DNA from: Sminthopsis crassicaudata
Lineage: Eukaryota
Reading direction: 5' to 3'
Length of the DNA: 64,000 nucleotides
Assembly: GCF_048593235.1 (NCBI RefSeq)
Contig: NC_133620.1
Location: 443,267,261-443,331,260 of the forward strand
Part shown: positions 26,251 through 38,889 of the stretch, piece by piece
How positions within the stretch are numbered: position 1 is the first letter of the stretch
Layout: each line of letters opens with the position of its first letter
The notes under the pieces: generated by a model
What the model was told of the DNA's origin: nothing
Seen by the model: only the letters and a program-made list of their open reading frames with translations
The model's database searches: none
Program-made: the position numbers and the translations under genes

Positions 26251-29167
26251 TTTCTCTGGAGTTCTAACCTGCATTCTGAAGCATGGGTGGGGAAACAAGG
26301 AAAGCTTTCAACTAAAACTTATTTGTTGCTAGCAATACTTTTGCCCAAATTCTAAGTACCAATTCCAAGGTGAGAAACTCAACTTACTGCACAAGCAACT
26401 GAAGGCCATACGTAAAAAGAAACTTACTTTGTCACTTTGCTGCCCAGCCCTAGAAAAATACACAAACTCATGAAATTTAAAAACAATGAACAAACCAATT
26501 TGGCTGGGGAGCTTAGGTGATAAAAATAAAGGTTAACACAAACTAAAGCTGGAAAGTAGAATGATTTCAGATTATGGAGGACTTTGAAAGTCATGCTAAG
26601 ATGTTAAATTTGTAGCAGTAGTGAACTAATAAAAGATTTTGAACAAGACTAAAACATATGAAGTTTTCAAAGTGCTTTACATCTCCAGATGATTTTTTCT
26701 TATTTGATCTTCACAACTCTGAGTCAAGTGCCATATATATATCTTCATTTTATAGAAGAAGAAACTGAGACTAAGAAAGATTAAGTGACTTGCCCAGGGT
26801 CACACAATTGGTTAAGTGTCTGAGATGGGAGTCAAACTCCAGTTGTGGCTCCAAGTCTAGGGCTTTTCCGATTGTGCCAGGCAGATATCTAGCCTAAGAT
26901 TTAGGAAAATTGCTCTGCATCAGTGTATAGAATGAAATAGAAAGTAAAGTTTGGTACAGAACTTCTAACCTCACAACCTCTCTAGTCATCGAACCCCACA
27001 CTCTTTTCTTGGCCCTTGTCCTTCCTGAAGCTTTGTAGTGTTTGGAATGACTTCCAGCTCTTGATTTATCTCTCTGGCCTAATGCACTATCAGTTCCATG
27101 GCAAGATTATCTATGCTCTAAGCCCAATGTGTGGGCTCTTGTCTCTTCTCTTTTTTCCCTTACACCATCACTTGATGATTCATCAACTTCCACTATTTCA
27201 ACTATCACCTGTCTGCAGATAACTCCCAAACCAATATGTTTCTAACTGCCTGCTAGACATCACTACTTGGAAGTCATTCTTCTTTCAAAAATCTTTGCCT
27301 TCCAACTTCCCTATTCCTATCAAGAACATTATTCTTCCAATCACTCAGCTTCGCAATCTCATAATCACATTGAAGTATTTCCTGTTCTTGGTGGCAACTG
27401 ATGGTACAATGGGGTAGAGGGCTGGGCCCAGAGTCAGGAAGATCTGAGTTCAAATCTTGGCTCAGGCACTCATTAGTTGTGTGGCACAAATCACGTGACT
27501 TCTGTCAGCCTGTTTCCATAAGTATAAAAGAGGACTAACAACAGCATCTACCTGGAAGACTTGTTGTGAGCATCAAAAGGGATAATATCTGTAAAATGCT
27601 TAGAATGGTTCATGATACATAGTAAGTACTACATAAAAATGCCAGTTCCCCTCCCTTTTTCAAGCCCTACCCATCAAGTTACTGTAGTCTAGTTGCATCT
27701 AAAGCCAGAGCACCTCTCATATCTGTACTCTTCTCTTTACTCTTCAATTCTTTTAGTTCAGGCCCTCAACAACACTTCTCACTTGGAGAACAGGTGCAAC
27801 AGCACCCAATGGATATCTCCCCTATGCATCTTCTGTATGGCTACCACAGTGAAAGTCCTAAAGCACACATCTGACCAAGTTCCTCAGATCAAGAAGCTTT
27901 AGTGATTCTTTATTGCCTTTGGGTTAAAATACAAACTCTTTTCTTTCACATGTAAAGTCTTTCACAATAAATTTTAATTTATCTCCCTATGATGATTTTA
28001 TTTTTCTCTTCTGTTCATCATGCATTCACAAAAATTTAAGAGTCCCTTTTAAAAAAAATTAGCTACTTTTTTGTTGTTTTTTTGAAGAGGTAGTAAAAGG
28101 GAAAGAAGGAAGAGCTCTATGTGTGATGTGGTTTCACGTTTATATGTTAGGAAGATGATATTCAAAATTGTTCCATTAACTTGAATAGTCAAGACAATAC
28201 AAATCAATTAGTCAATTGAAAAACCTTTTACCAATTCAAGCTGCAGTTGTGTCTTACTGTTACCAAAAAATTAAAAGCTATTTTCCCATTGGATTTGTTC
28301 AGGGACGGGGGGAAAACCCTTTAGTTTATGACTACTGCACAAAAATGCAACTTCAAAGATGATTGTCAAAAAATCTGGTTTAATTCTAGTGATGTTAGAA
28401 ATATAGATAAAACCAAAATCTACTCTGAAATAAAATATCAGTTTTAAATGGGATCTTCTCTGAAAGAGAATATAGAATTCCTATTTCAGATGCAAGAGCA
28501 GCAGTTCTACCACTGCAACAACCAAGGTAGAATTAAATCTGGAAGAACAGACAAAGCACTAGACTTGGGAACTGCAGAATCTGGATTCAAATCCTTAATC
28601 CCATTCTAAGTGACCCTAAGCCAGTATGGATCTTAGTTTCCTGATCTAAAAAATGAGGGTGCTAGACTACCTGACTTCTGATTTTCCTTTCAGTTCCAGA
28701 TATATGATTCTAAGACCAGATGTTTCTCCCCCGCCCATTGGAATAAGCATCTCTCCCTTCCTCCTTAGTTAAAAATTATATGCAGACTTTCAAGTTTTTT
28801 AGTAATTCACTGAAGAATTTGCAAAACTGTAGTGTTTATGAAGCCTATAACAACATTATTGCCCAACCTGGCTCCTACTGCTCTTTCCCTAAAAAAAAGA
28901 CCTCAAACCTTTACTGCTGTTTCCTGAGCTTGCAGCCTAATAGAGGATTCTATGCTCTTATTTTTACAATAGTAAATTAGCAAGCTCACTCTGACCTAAT
29001 GGGATAAATTGTCTTTGGCAAGGGGACTTTCCCTGGATTGAAGTTTGTGTGCATATAGTTTTATGATTACAAAATTTCTGTCTCAAATTGTGTATTAAAG
29101 TCAATTTTTCTTTGAAGATAGAAAATTTTTGAGAACCTTCCCAGTGACATTGGGTAGGCTTTTCTTT

Positions 29168-29294
29168 CTTTTGGGATTAAGTGACTTGCCCAGGGTCACA
29201 CAGCTTGGAAGTGTTAAGTGTCTGAGATCAGATTTTTGAACTCCAGTCCTCCTGGCTTCAGGGCTGGTGCTTTACTTCAACACCTAGCTGCCCC
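29168..29294 (-). mobile_element. WSINE1-like SINE
   Basis: 13-bp TSD TAGGCTTTTCTTT (29155-29167 / 29295-29307). Confidence 0.88.
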
Positions 29295-30940
29295 TAGGCT
29301 TTTCTTTAAAACACTAATTAAATGTTACACCTGAGTTTAATTTTAAGGTCTTATTTAAATAACAGTAACTGGCTTTAGAGAAACAAAAAAAAAAAAAAAA
29401 AATCTCCTAAAAGACAAAAGGTTTTCTTTGAACAAGTCTCATAACACATCTATATCATAAAGTTATTTATATAGTGTAAATATTATTTATATTGGGCTCA
29501 TAATGTTACTTTTCTTAACCTCTGAGGATTTTCTAAGTTTTTCCATAGACTCTATAAAATTCAAAATTCTTCTACTGATATATTTAATACTGATTTAAAA
29601 TGGCTTTTTCCATATACTCTAAATGCTTAGTCAAAGCAGTAGCTTGGAACAACAGCATATGCTAAGATTTCTTTCTTCATTTTATACTATAAAATACATG
29701 ACTTTAAATAACAAATGCTATATTTTCTACTTGAACTCTTTCCTCCCTCCCTTTCTCTTCTCTGCTTCCAACTCTAAATTTTTTTTTAAGGCAAGCAATC
29801 AACCATATGTACAAACATTAGCTCAACTAGTACCTTAGCAACAGTTTGATCCAAATGTCAATCCTCTTCTAAAAATTCATAGTTGTGGATTTTTACATAA
29901 ATGAAGAACATGCTTAATATATCTTTTTTGTATAGTTGTTTAAATCTGTATATTTTCTCTCTTATTAGACTGTCAACTCCTTGGCAAGGACCATTTTATA
30001 CCAGTGTTTAATACAATGCCTAAGTACCTAGGAGGTGCTTAACAAATGCTGAGGAAAAACTTGTCAGTGACAGCTATCTATCTCAGGCAATCTGGATCAA
30101 AGCCAAAAGTTCTGTATACAGCCATATTCTTATCTAATACTTTGGCACTACGTACAAACTATGAAGGTAAAGCTAAGGCTCTAAGGGTTTGGCATTTCTG
30201 TAATAATATCTACTGTCAATGTCTATGTGACGGACATGTAGTTGAGTACCTAATAAGTATTTTTAAAATTGAATTGAGAGCACTGGAAAGTATTTTCAGA
30301 AAAGCATCCAAATTTCTAAATACCCCTTTCTGGTGGTCAGTATTTTCATTTCCTATTCACATCAAAGCGTATGAAAAAAAGGAAAGTAGAAAATAAATTT
30401 GACTTTAGCAATCAATTAAGTATCTGTTACATACATGTAGCTCTATCAGGCACCAGATTTATAAAATCCTTGGTCTTAGGAATCTTATAATCTACTAAGA
30501 GGATAAGACAAAAGTAAATCTATGATAAGCATGTTAGAGAGATCAGAATGCAATGAAAGAAGGATCTTAGAAGCCTTCATGGAAAAAGTGGTTTCTAAGA
30601 ATCCAAATGCTCCCCTTCCAGAGAGAGGGGAAGGCAGAAAAGATACTAACTGATCCCACTGTTTCCAATAAGATCATGATGGCAGCAATGCAAATAGCTT
30701 TATTTCCATTGGTCTTTAGTCCTATCTGGGAAAAAATGCATTTCAAACTTGAAGTATTCAAAGCAATTTGAGCAGTAGCAAAAGAGATAATCCAAGGGAA
30801 AGGTACCATTAAATCTTGTTCAGATCATAGGACACTGAGATTTATCAACATTTTGCTGATATGGATATATATGATAAGCCCACCTGTACCAAAGACTAAA
30901 TTTAAATAATCTCAATAATTACCAAATCAAAAGGATAGTT

Positions 30941-31093
30941 NNNNNNNNNNNNNNNNNNNNNNNNNNNNNNNNNNNNNNNNNNNNNNNNNNNNNNNNNNNN
31001 NNNNNNNNNNNNNNNNNNNNNNNNNNNNNNNNNNNNNNNNNNNNNNNNNNNNNNNNNNNNNNNNNNNNNNNNNNNNNNNNNNNNNNNNNNNNN
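30941..31093. other. Assembly gap (N run)
   Basis: Direct reading. Confidence 1.
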
Positions 31094-33559
31094 TATTACT
31101 AAACTGAAGGCTAAATTTATTTAGATATATATACTGTCATGAACACCACTGAATAAAACATTTAAAAATTACTAGATGCTTGCTTGTTTGATTTTATTAC
31201 TTAAATGGAATAGGAGAGCAATACAAGGAAAAGACAGAATGCCAGAATCTGACATTCTACAATACAAGAATTCAGGATAAGCATACAGTTCAAGTCAGAC
31301 TAGTGAATTCTGCTCAAAGATGAGCATAACCTCCTTTGAAAATGCAACATTTCAGATCTCTGTACCTAACTCTGACAATGATAAGTGATACAGCACATAA
31401 AAAAGTGCAGGCACAAAAGAATCCATACTATAGCTAAAATAAGTTAGAGCTGAGGATTCAAACTACTCCAGATATGAAAATTAGCAAAATTATTATCAGT
31501 CCTCTGACACCTTTCCCCTCACAATTACATATGTTGTATTACTCTACTCAACTTTCCGGCACAGTGTGAAAAAATAAAATTAAAGGGAAAAAAAAGCACT
31601 AACCTTGAAGTCAGATGGAAACTGACTCTGACACTAGTGGGTGACTTGGGCAAATGACTTACCTCTTTGGAGTCTCTGTTTCCTCATCTGTACAAAGGGA
31701 ATAGAAAGGCATTGTGGTCTAGAGTATGGAAGCTAAAAGAGGTCTGCTTCCATAAATACTAGCTGGGTAACCCTAGGCAAGTCCATTAACCTCTCATTGA
31801 CTAGGCAACTTTCTTAAGACTGAAGTTGCAAACCGAGGTTGGTGGAGGATGTTACTTTACCAAGAACTCCTTTCACAGATGAAATCTCTGATCCAGACAG
31901 AAAACTATGAGAATACTTGCTTACTTGACAGAGATGAAGTGAAGAAAATGTTTTTAAACCTTAACCTTATGAGTACAAGTGTTTCCATTATAAACAAGTT
32001 GATAATAACCAATATAAATTTTTGTACCAAATTTCCTTTTAAAAATCAATGAAATAGTCAAATATTACATCTAAAAGGAGCTTTGACAAACCAAGAATCA
32101 GTGTTTTTCATGACTGTTAAGAGCATTTCAGAAACATCTGAGGATAATAAATCCACTTCTTTATGTGTAAAAACTTATGGGATAAAGAAACCGCAAATCT
32201 TTCCCTTAAGAAAGGGGCAAAGATTTTGTTTTTATTCCCAGGTTATTTTTACCTTCTTTCTAAATCCAAATTTTCTTGTGCAACAAGATAACTGTATAAA
32301 TATGTATACATATATTGTATTTAACATATACTTTAACATGTTTAACATGTATGAGACTTCCTGCCATCTAGGGGAGGGGGTGGAGGGAGGAAAGGGAAAA
32401 GTTGGAACAGAAGTGTTTGCAAGGGTCAATGTTGAAAAACTACCCATGCATATGATCTGTCAATAAAAAGCTATAATAATAATAATTTTTAAAAAGGGGG
32501 GGCAAGGACTAAAATCAGGCTTTGAAAGCTTTGAATTCTGTCAATTCCAAATTATGGTAACTGCACTAGAAGGGTGGCAGAGAGAGGGAACAAATAATTG
32601 AGTTTAGTAATAAAGGCAAAAACTAGGTAGGGAGCAAGTGATAATTTTATTAAAAGGAAAATTAAAGAAAAAACAACAACCCTGAAGAAAGGCAAAGTGA
32701 CAACTCTACTTCTCCTGAGGCTTTTTTTTTTTTTTTTCCCCAGACAGTTCAGGATTGATATGATATCATATGAAGAAATGTATGGGGGCTTTGCAGTTAA
32801 AAGACCTGGGTTCAAATTTTAACTTCTTACCTGTATGATCTTGGGCAAATCACTTAACCTCTCTGGGGATCAGTTTCCTCATCTGTAGAATTAGGGATTT
32901 GAACTAGATAAACTCTGTGGTCCCTTCCAGCTCTAAATCTATGATCCTAAGATTGGAACCTTGGTAAGCCTAAATAGGCTCTCCAACTTATGCTAGCATC
33001 ACTTAAATATTAGGGTTAGAGTCTTTTCTTTGCAGTCATGATTCCTGTGGTTAAAGCGACTATAAAACTTACTTTTGCACTGACACTCCCACAAGACTCA
33101 GAACCTCTTACCTACTTCTTGTCCCCTCCCCCAGACCCTTCCTACTTCCAACCTCTCCTACCCACACCCCCCTTTTCCTGCCCCTCCCCCCACCTGCTGG
33201 CGCTCCCCTCTCCCAGCTTCTTCTTGGCTTCTCTTTCATTCTCAGGCCTCCCTGGACCATCCCCCCCCCCCACGACCCACCCAAATTTAGGACCGCAGGG
33301 CTCATCTCCTCGGTTCCCTCCTCACACCCTTACTCCACCACATCCCCTGTCCCTCCCTTTGCCTCCCCGCCCTCGCTCAACTTCCTCCGCTTTTCTTTTT
33401 CTCAAAGAACGCACTTAAGAAATGTTCTCGCCTCCTCAACTCCCTTCCCACAGGGCCCGAGGCCTCCATCTTTCCCAAATCCCCTCTCCTCATCCTCTCC
33501 CCCAAATCCCCTCTCCTCATCCTCTCCCCCCCCCCCCCAGACTCTTGGCTTTTTTCCAA

Positions 33560-35100
33560 CCGCTTCGCTTTTTCTAACTCCATTTCATCTTCTCACACGC
33601 CCTCGGACCCAGCGCTAAACTCCCTCTCCGATCCCGGCCCCGGCTTATACCGCTCCTCTGGGAATAGCCGTCGTCCCCTCGGCTCCCCAGTCGCCGTCTC
33701 CTCACACCCCGACTAGGGGAACTGCGGGCCTCGCTTCAACCAATCAGCGCCCACCCACGTGATCCACCACATCCAATCCTCCGCCAGCGTCCTCTTCGGC
33801 CGATCGGCTTCCATCGCTCCCTCCCTCCCACCGCCCCCACTTTCTTCCCAAGCCAATCATACCGCGAGCTTCCCGATGAACGACGTACCTGCCTCGTGCG
33901 GGGGCCCAATAACGAGAGTGAGTTTCAAAGTCGGACCTTCACGACTGCCAATAAGAGCCACAAGCTAGGGAGAGACCGCCTTTTCTTCCATTGGGCCGGC
34001 ACCTGCCTGAGAATTAACCAGCCAATCGGAGGTCTCCAGGAGCTCGCTCTGCGTAGCGCTTGGCCAATCACTGAACGGAACGTCTGCGGCTGCTTGGATT
34101 TTGGCAGAAAACCTGGTGTCCCGCTAGCCTGGACCACTCGTAGCAGGTTGGCCGGAGTGAAAATTTCGGTTCCCCAGATGTGTTGCGATGTGCTGTCCTC
34201 TGCATATTGCCCATGTTGTGCCTTGTCACCTAGCCGGGGGACCGCTGTGATGTGTCGTGGGGCAGACTCGTCGTGGTCAGAGCCCCGTTTCTAGGGACAC
34301 AGGGTCCCCACGTAGTGACAAGTCCCGGAGTCTGGGCACGCTAGGGCCGCGCGTCCGAACACGTGGAGAGGCGGGAATAAAGATAAGATGGGGGGGAGGG
34401 GAGAGGCTCCTCCTCGGCCCAGGAAGAAACCGGGCGGGAAGGTTGGAGATCAGACCTCAGAAAGGATCCCGGATGAGGGAGGCGTGGTAAGGGGAAGGGG
34501 GGGGGTCCGGGACTTGAGGGTGGGGGAGGGCGATCCGAAGGCGTGCTTTCCTTCTCTCAGGGACAACCTCTGTGCACAATAACCCTCCTGACGGCTGAGA
34601 CTCACTTAGTGACTTGAGCTCTGCACAGCACTCCGTTTTATTCCATCCTCGCCCCTTTTTACAGATGAGGAAACTGAGACCCAGATCTAGCGGCCCGCGC
34701 ACGCTGACACAGCCAGGCAGTGCCTGGAGCAGGATCTCACCCTTCCTGACCAGCCGCAGCTGGCGTGGAGGCATGAGGTGGAAGCTCAGCTGGAACGGAC
34801 ACGTGAGCCGCGCTCGTGGGGAGAGGCCGGAGGTGCTCTGCATTCCTTTGGTTCCCCCCCAGGAAGAAGGAACTTTCTGAGCACTTACCCACTTTCTCCT
34901 CTATCTCCGGCTGTAGCTCTGCGTCTCCCGGGAAACCCTGCCCAGCCTCCCGCCTCCACACCTCCACGCCTTGGTCTTTCAGTCACCTCAGGGCCACACT
35001 GTCCTCCGCACCGTGCGTTTTCTCTGACTGCCCCCCCCCCCAAGTCTGGAGGCCCCAGTTCTTATCTGCAAACTCCGGCTTCCCTGATTTTTCCCTTCAT
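33560..35100. promoter_or_regulatory. CpG island / TDRKH promoter with non-coding first exon
   Basis: CpG-rich, about 7.3 kb upstream of the first coding exon; 8 CCAAT boxes between 33740 and 34068; E-box CACGTG at 33756-33761; possible exon-1 donor GTATAA at 33650 (uncertain). Confidence 0.7.
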
Positions 35101-35964
35101 TCCCCACCTGAAATCCACAACTTTCCGTAGAAAACCTTTCCCAGCCCCGCCTGATGCCAGAATCTACTATTTATTTACCCTCGTCTGTATCGTGGGGACA
35201 ATTATTCCGTTAGAGCACGGACTGTTCTCCCTTTTCTTTAAACCTTCAGTGCTTAGTACAGAGTCTGGCGTGTAACAGAGGCTTAATAAACTCTTGTTGA
35301 GTTGATCTTTGGACATCTAGTACTGGATAGAAAGTGGGTTATTGTCAGAAAGAAGTGAGTTTAAATTCTCTCATTTTCTAGCTGTGTGACCCTGAATAAG
35401 TCGCTGAACTTCACTTCTTCTCAGGTTCCTCATCTGTAAAATGGGTTTGCCACTAGAGGTCCTTGTGAAGCTCCAGTGAGGTAGCTAGCATCCGTAAAGT
35501 GAGTGGCAAACAAATGCCAACCACAATTATTATTTTTTCAAACTTAACATATTTTAAACAGAATTCATGATCATTCTCCCAAATCCTCCCCCTGCTGAAC
35601 ATTCCTATTCTCGCCAAAAGGACCACCTTATTCCCAATCACCTAGGCTCAAAAGTTCAGTGATTCTCCGCTCCTTCCCTCACATCCTTACCTCACTCTGT
35701 GCTTAATCTTCTCATTTCTATCTTCATGCCGTCCTTCACGTGCTCTTTTTCTTTCCCCCATCCGGGCCCTTATCCCCTCTCCTGCTCTGTTATGATAACC
35801 TTCTCCTGTCTCCCTGGCTAACCCTTCCCTCGGTTGCTAAATGGGATTTTTGTAAACCAGAGGTATTCTCCTTTATCCCCTATCCAATACAATCCAGCGG
35901 CTCACTAATTCCTCTACAATCAACCGGAAAGGCCTCTGTTTGGAATTTATTTGGCCCTTTACAC

Positions 35965-36151
35965 CAGAAGTTCTCAAACTAGGGCCAGGGGCCAGATGCG
36001 GCCACTGAGGACGTTTATTCCCCCCCCCCCCCCATGGCAAACGGGCTGAGGGGCGGAGACAGAGCGGGAGCTTTTGTTGTTACTCTAGTCCGGCCTCCCA
36101 CAGTCTGAGGGACAGGGAACTGGCCCCGACTTAAAAGTTTGAGGACCGCTG
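35965..36151. mobile_element. Non-autonomous hAT DNA transposon (MITE), OC1/OposCharlie1-like
   Basis: 16-bp TIRs CAGAAGTTCTCAAACT / AGTTTGAGGACCGCTG (13/16 match); 8-bp TSD CTTTACAC / CTTTACAG; subterminal GTCTGAGGGACAG.GAACTGGCCCC as recalled for OC1-type MITEs. Confidence 0.8.
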
Positions 36152-36928
36152 CTTTACAGTCTTCTTACACTTTAGTCTCTATTACGCCCCCTCTGATTTA
36201 GCTCCTTAAACCGTCCTGTTTGCTGTTCCTCAAAACCATCTCCCATCCCCATGCCTTTGAGCTGACCTGGAACTGCCGGGTCTAGAGCTTCTTCTCTCAG
36301 CTTCCTTAAAGACTCAACTCAAACCCTGACTTTTGCAAGAAGACTTTCTTGGTCTCACTAGCTGTCTGTGCCTTCCCTCTTGAGGTAACTTCATCTCTTC
36401 TGTATTTTATCTTGCATGTACCTAGTTATCTATTCCCCCATTAGAATGTGAGCTTCTTCAGAACAAGGACTTTTTTTTTTTTTTGCTTTTTTTTATTTTT
36501 CCGATGACTAACACAGTGCTTGGCATGGAATTAGCACTTAATACTTATGGACTGACTGACTGCTAACTCCAACTCATAAACAGCTTAGTCAGTCCCTATA
36601 GACAGAATAAGGGAGAGAGAGGTGAGTCACAGAACACTATTGTAATTCTAAGGGCCCCTTTATTTTAGGGTCCTGATGTATGGGGGATCTTTTTAAACTA
36701 AATTTGTTTTCCCAATGAACAAAAATCTATTTTCTCCCTCTTCTTCCCCCTCCCTTCCACCCCAGCCAATTGGAAAAAAGAAAAGAAAAAAGCCCTTGTA
36801 ATCAATATGCATGGTCAAACAAAACAAATCCCTGCATTAGCCATGTCAAAAAAGAAAAAAATGCCTTCTTCTATAGAGGATGATGAGCTTTTGAGAGCTT
36901 TGCAATTACAGTTGAAAATATCTGAGTC

Positions 36929-37042
36929 TTGAATAGAGCACCAGCCTTGAATTCAGGAGGACCCGAGTTCAAATCTGGTCTCAGACACTTAACACTTCCT
37001 GGCTGTGTGACCCGGGGCAAGTCACTTAACCCCAGCCTCTGC

Positions 37043-37095
<53 letters not shown>

Positions 37096-37130
37096 TATAT
37101 ATATATATGTATATATTTATATCTATATCT
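36929..37130 (+). mobile_element. 5'-truncated WSINE1-like SINE with (CT)n/(AT)n tail
   Basis: SINE body to about 37037, followed by microsatellites. Confidence 0.8.
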
Positions 37131-37559
37131 GAGTCTTTCTGCTTCCCCTTCCCTGCTTACCAGAAAATCCTGGGCACTTGGGACTTTCAGAAAGTGGCTC
37201 TTACATTAGAGATCCAACTATATGCTCCTAATTTCCAGCTCTATCCTTTGATTCTAGATTTTGGAGGCAAAAAGGGACAGAGGGAGGCCTTAGGATCTAC
37301 AGGGGGCATCAGAACTAGGAGATCCGTGGGGAGTGAGGAATTAGGAACAGATATTTTTCTGCTCCCTGAACTTTCCCCAACTACAATTGACTTAGCCCAA
37401 CATGGCACTTTTGATACAAGTATATGGAAAGAGAAGACATGGTATAGGAAAGAAATAGGGTTTTGGGCTATTTCCATCAAAAAAAGTTAATGTGATCTTT
37501 GGTTTTATTAAGAGAGAGAGAGTGTCCAAGCCTGGGGAAGCAAGAGTTCTGCTGTGATA

Positions 37560-37990
37560 TCTGTGGCTGGACTCTAGTCAGATCACATCGGGAGTGTCAT
37601 ATTTTAGTTCTGGGTACTAAACTTTGGGAGGGACATTGAGGAAAGGAGAGTAACCAGAGGAAACTGATCTGGGACGGTGAAGGGCTCAGTCAGGATCAAG
37701 TGTAGTAACAGAAAATGTTTATCCTGGAAAAGAGAAGACTTAGAGGAGATATGATCCCAGTCCCCTAGTATTTCAAGGGACTGGCAAGTGGAAAGAGGAT
37801 TTCAACTCTTTTTTTCCCTTTGATCTCAGGATCCAGGAATCATGGATGAGTAGAAGTTATAGAACATTTGGCCTGATATAAGGAAAACAATTCCCAGTGG
37901 TGATGTGGACTGCCTGGAGGTAGAGGCTCCCCCTCACTTGAGCTTTTCATTTGGTTTCTTGTTCAGGTTGGACTGGGTGACCTATATGAT
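37560..37990 (+). mobile_element. Ancient L3/CR1 fragment
   Basis: CTGGAAAAGAGAAGACTTAGAGGAGATATGAT CR1 RT-end motif; similar piece at about 6770-6960. Confidence 0.5.
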
Positions 37991-38823
37991 CTCTCGATTT
38001 GGTGATTTGATGACCAGACAGAAAAAAAAAAGGACCATGAGGTTAGGAATATTGAGGTCAGGCCTAATAATAGTTTTCAGCCCAAACTTGGAACAACTAA
38101 ATTGTTGAACTTCTCATTATTGATTATTGCCTCAATCCCTTTGGAGCTAGCTAAAGGGAGAAACTTCTTCATTTGCTTTGGGTCATAAATCCTTTCAACA
38201 CTCTGGTGAAACTTAGGGGCTCCTCAGAATCATGTTTTTAATGCATAAAATGCTTAGGATTACAAAGAAAACCAATTATATTGAAATAGTTATTGACATC
38301 TTATTTTAAAAAATGAGTTCATAAACTTAAGAAAGCAATCTGTTCTACACGAACAGATTTCCTCTCCTTACTTCCTCTCCTCTACTGCTATTGCCCTTTC
38401 TCTTAACAACCTTGTATTTAATTACATTGTATTTATTTTCTTTACATTTAGTCTACACATACATATTTGTATTTGTCTTCTGTATTGGAATCAAAGTTCC
38501 TTGCATCTGTATTCCAGTACCTAACACAGTGCCTGGTGTCGGGACTCAATAAATGCTTATTTTTTGATTCTTTGATTTACTTCTGATGTGTCCAGTTTGT
38601 GATGGACACCTCCTGGTGGGAGGGACTAATCTTTGCTTACTGTGTAGATAATAAATTCCACATATGACATTTAAAAAAGATTTTAAAAAAAATCTGCTTG
38701 TTTGTATTTCTGTTCTCTTTTGTACCTTTTAAAACATGTTCTAATGTCCCTCTTTGTGTGAGGTAAGAAGGAATGCAGAAAGAGCCCATAGTGGATTGAC
38801 TGTGATAGGCATGGGTTTGGGGA

Positions 38824-38840
38824 TGTGTGTGTGTGTGTGT

Positions 38841-38879
<39 letters not shown>
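38824..38879. repeat. (TG)n microsatellite
   Basis: Direct reading; one A interruption. Confidence 0.95.
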
Positions 38880-38880
<1 letters not shown>

Positions 38881-38889
38881 CTACTGATA

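Noticed and set aside
26251-26298. ORF-track N-terminal extension MFPHPCFRMQVRTPEK of TDRKH
   Set aside because: Crosses the acceptor at 26269-26270; the upstream ATG is intronic.
28358-28430. Possible C/D-box snoRNA (ATGATT ... CTGA) in TDRKH intron 1
   Set aside because: C box is imperfect and there is no terminal stem or recognisable rRNA guide.
33038-35275. Cluster of Pro/Gly/Arg-rich ORFs (60-165 aa) around the TDRKH promoter
   Set aside because: Expected by chance in a GC-rich CpG island and C-rich tract; no domain similarity or consistent exon structure.
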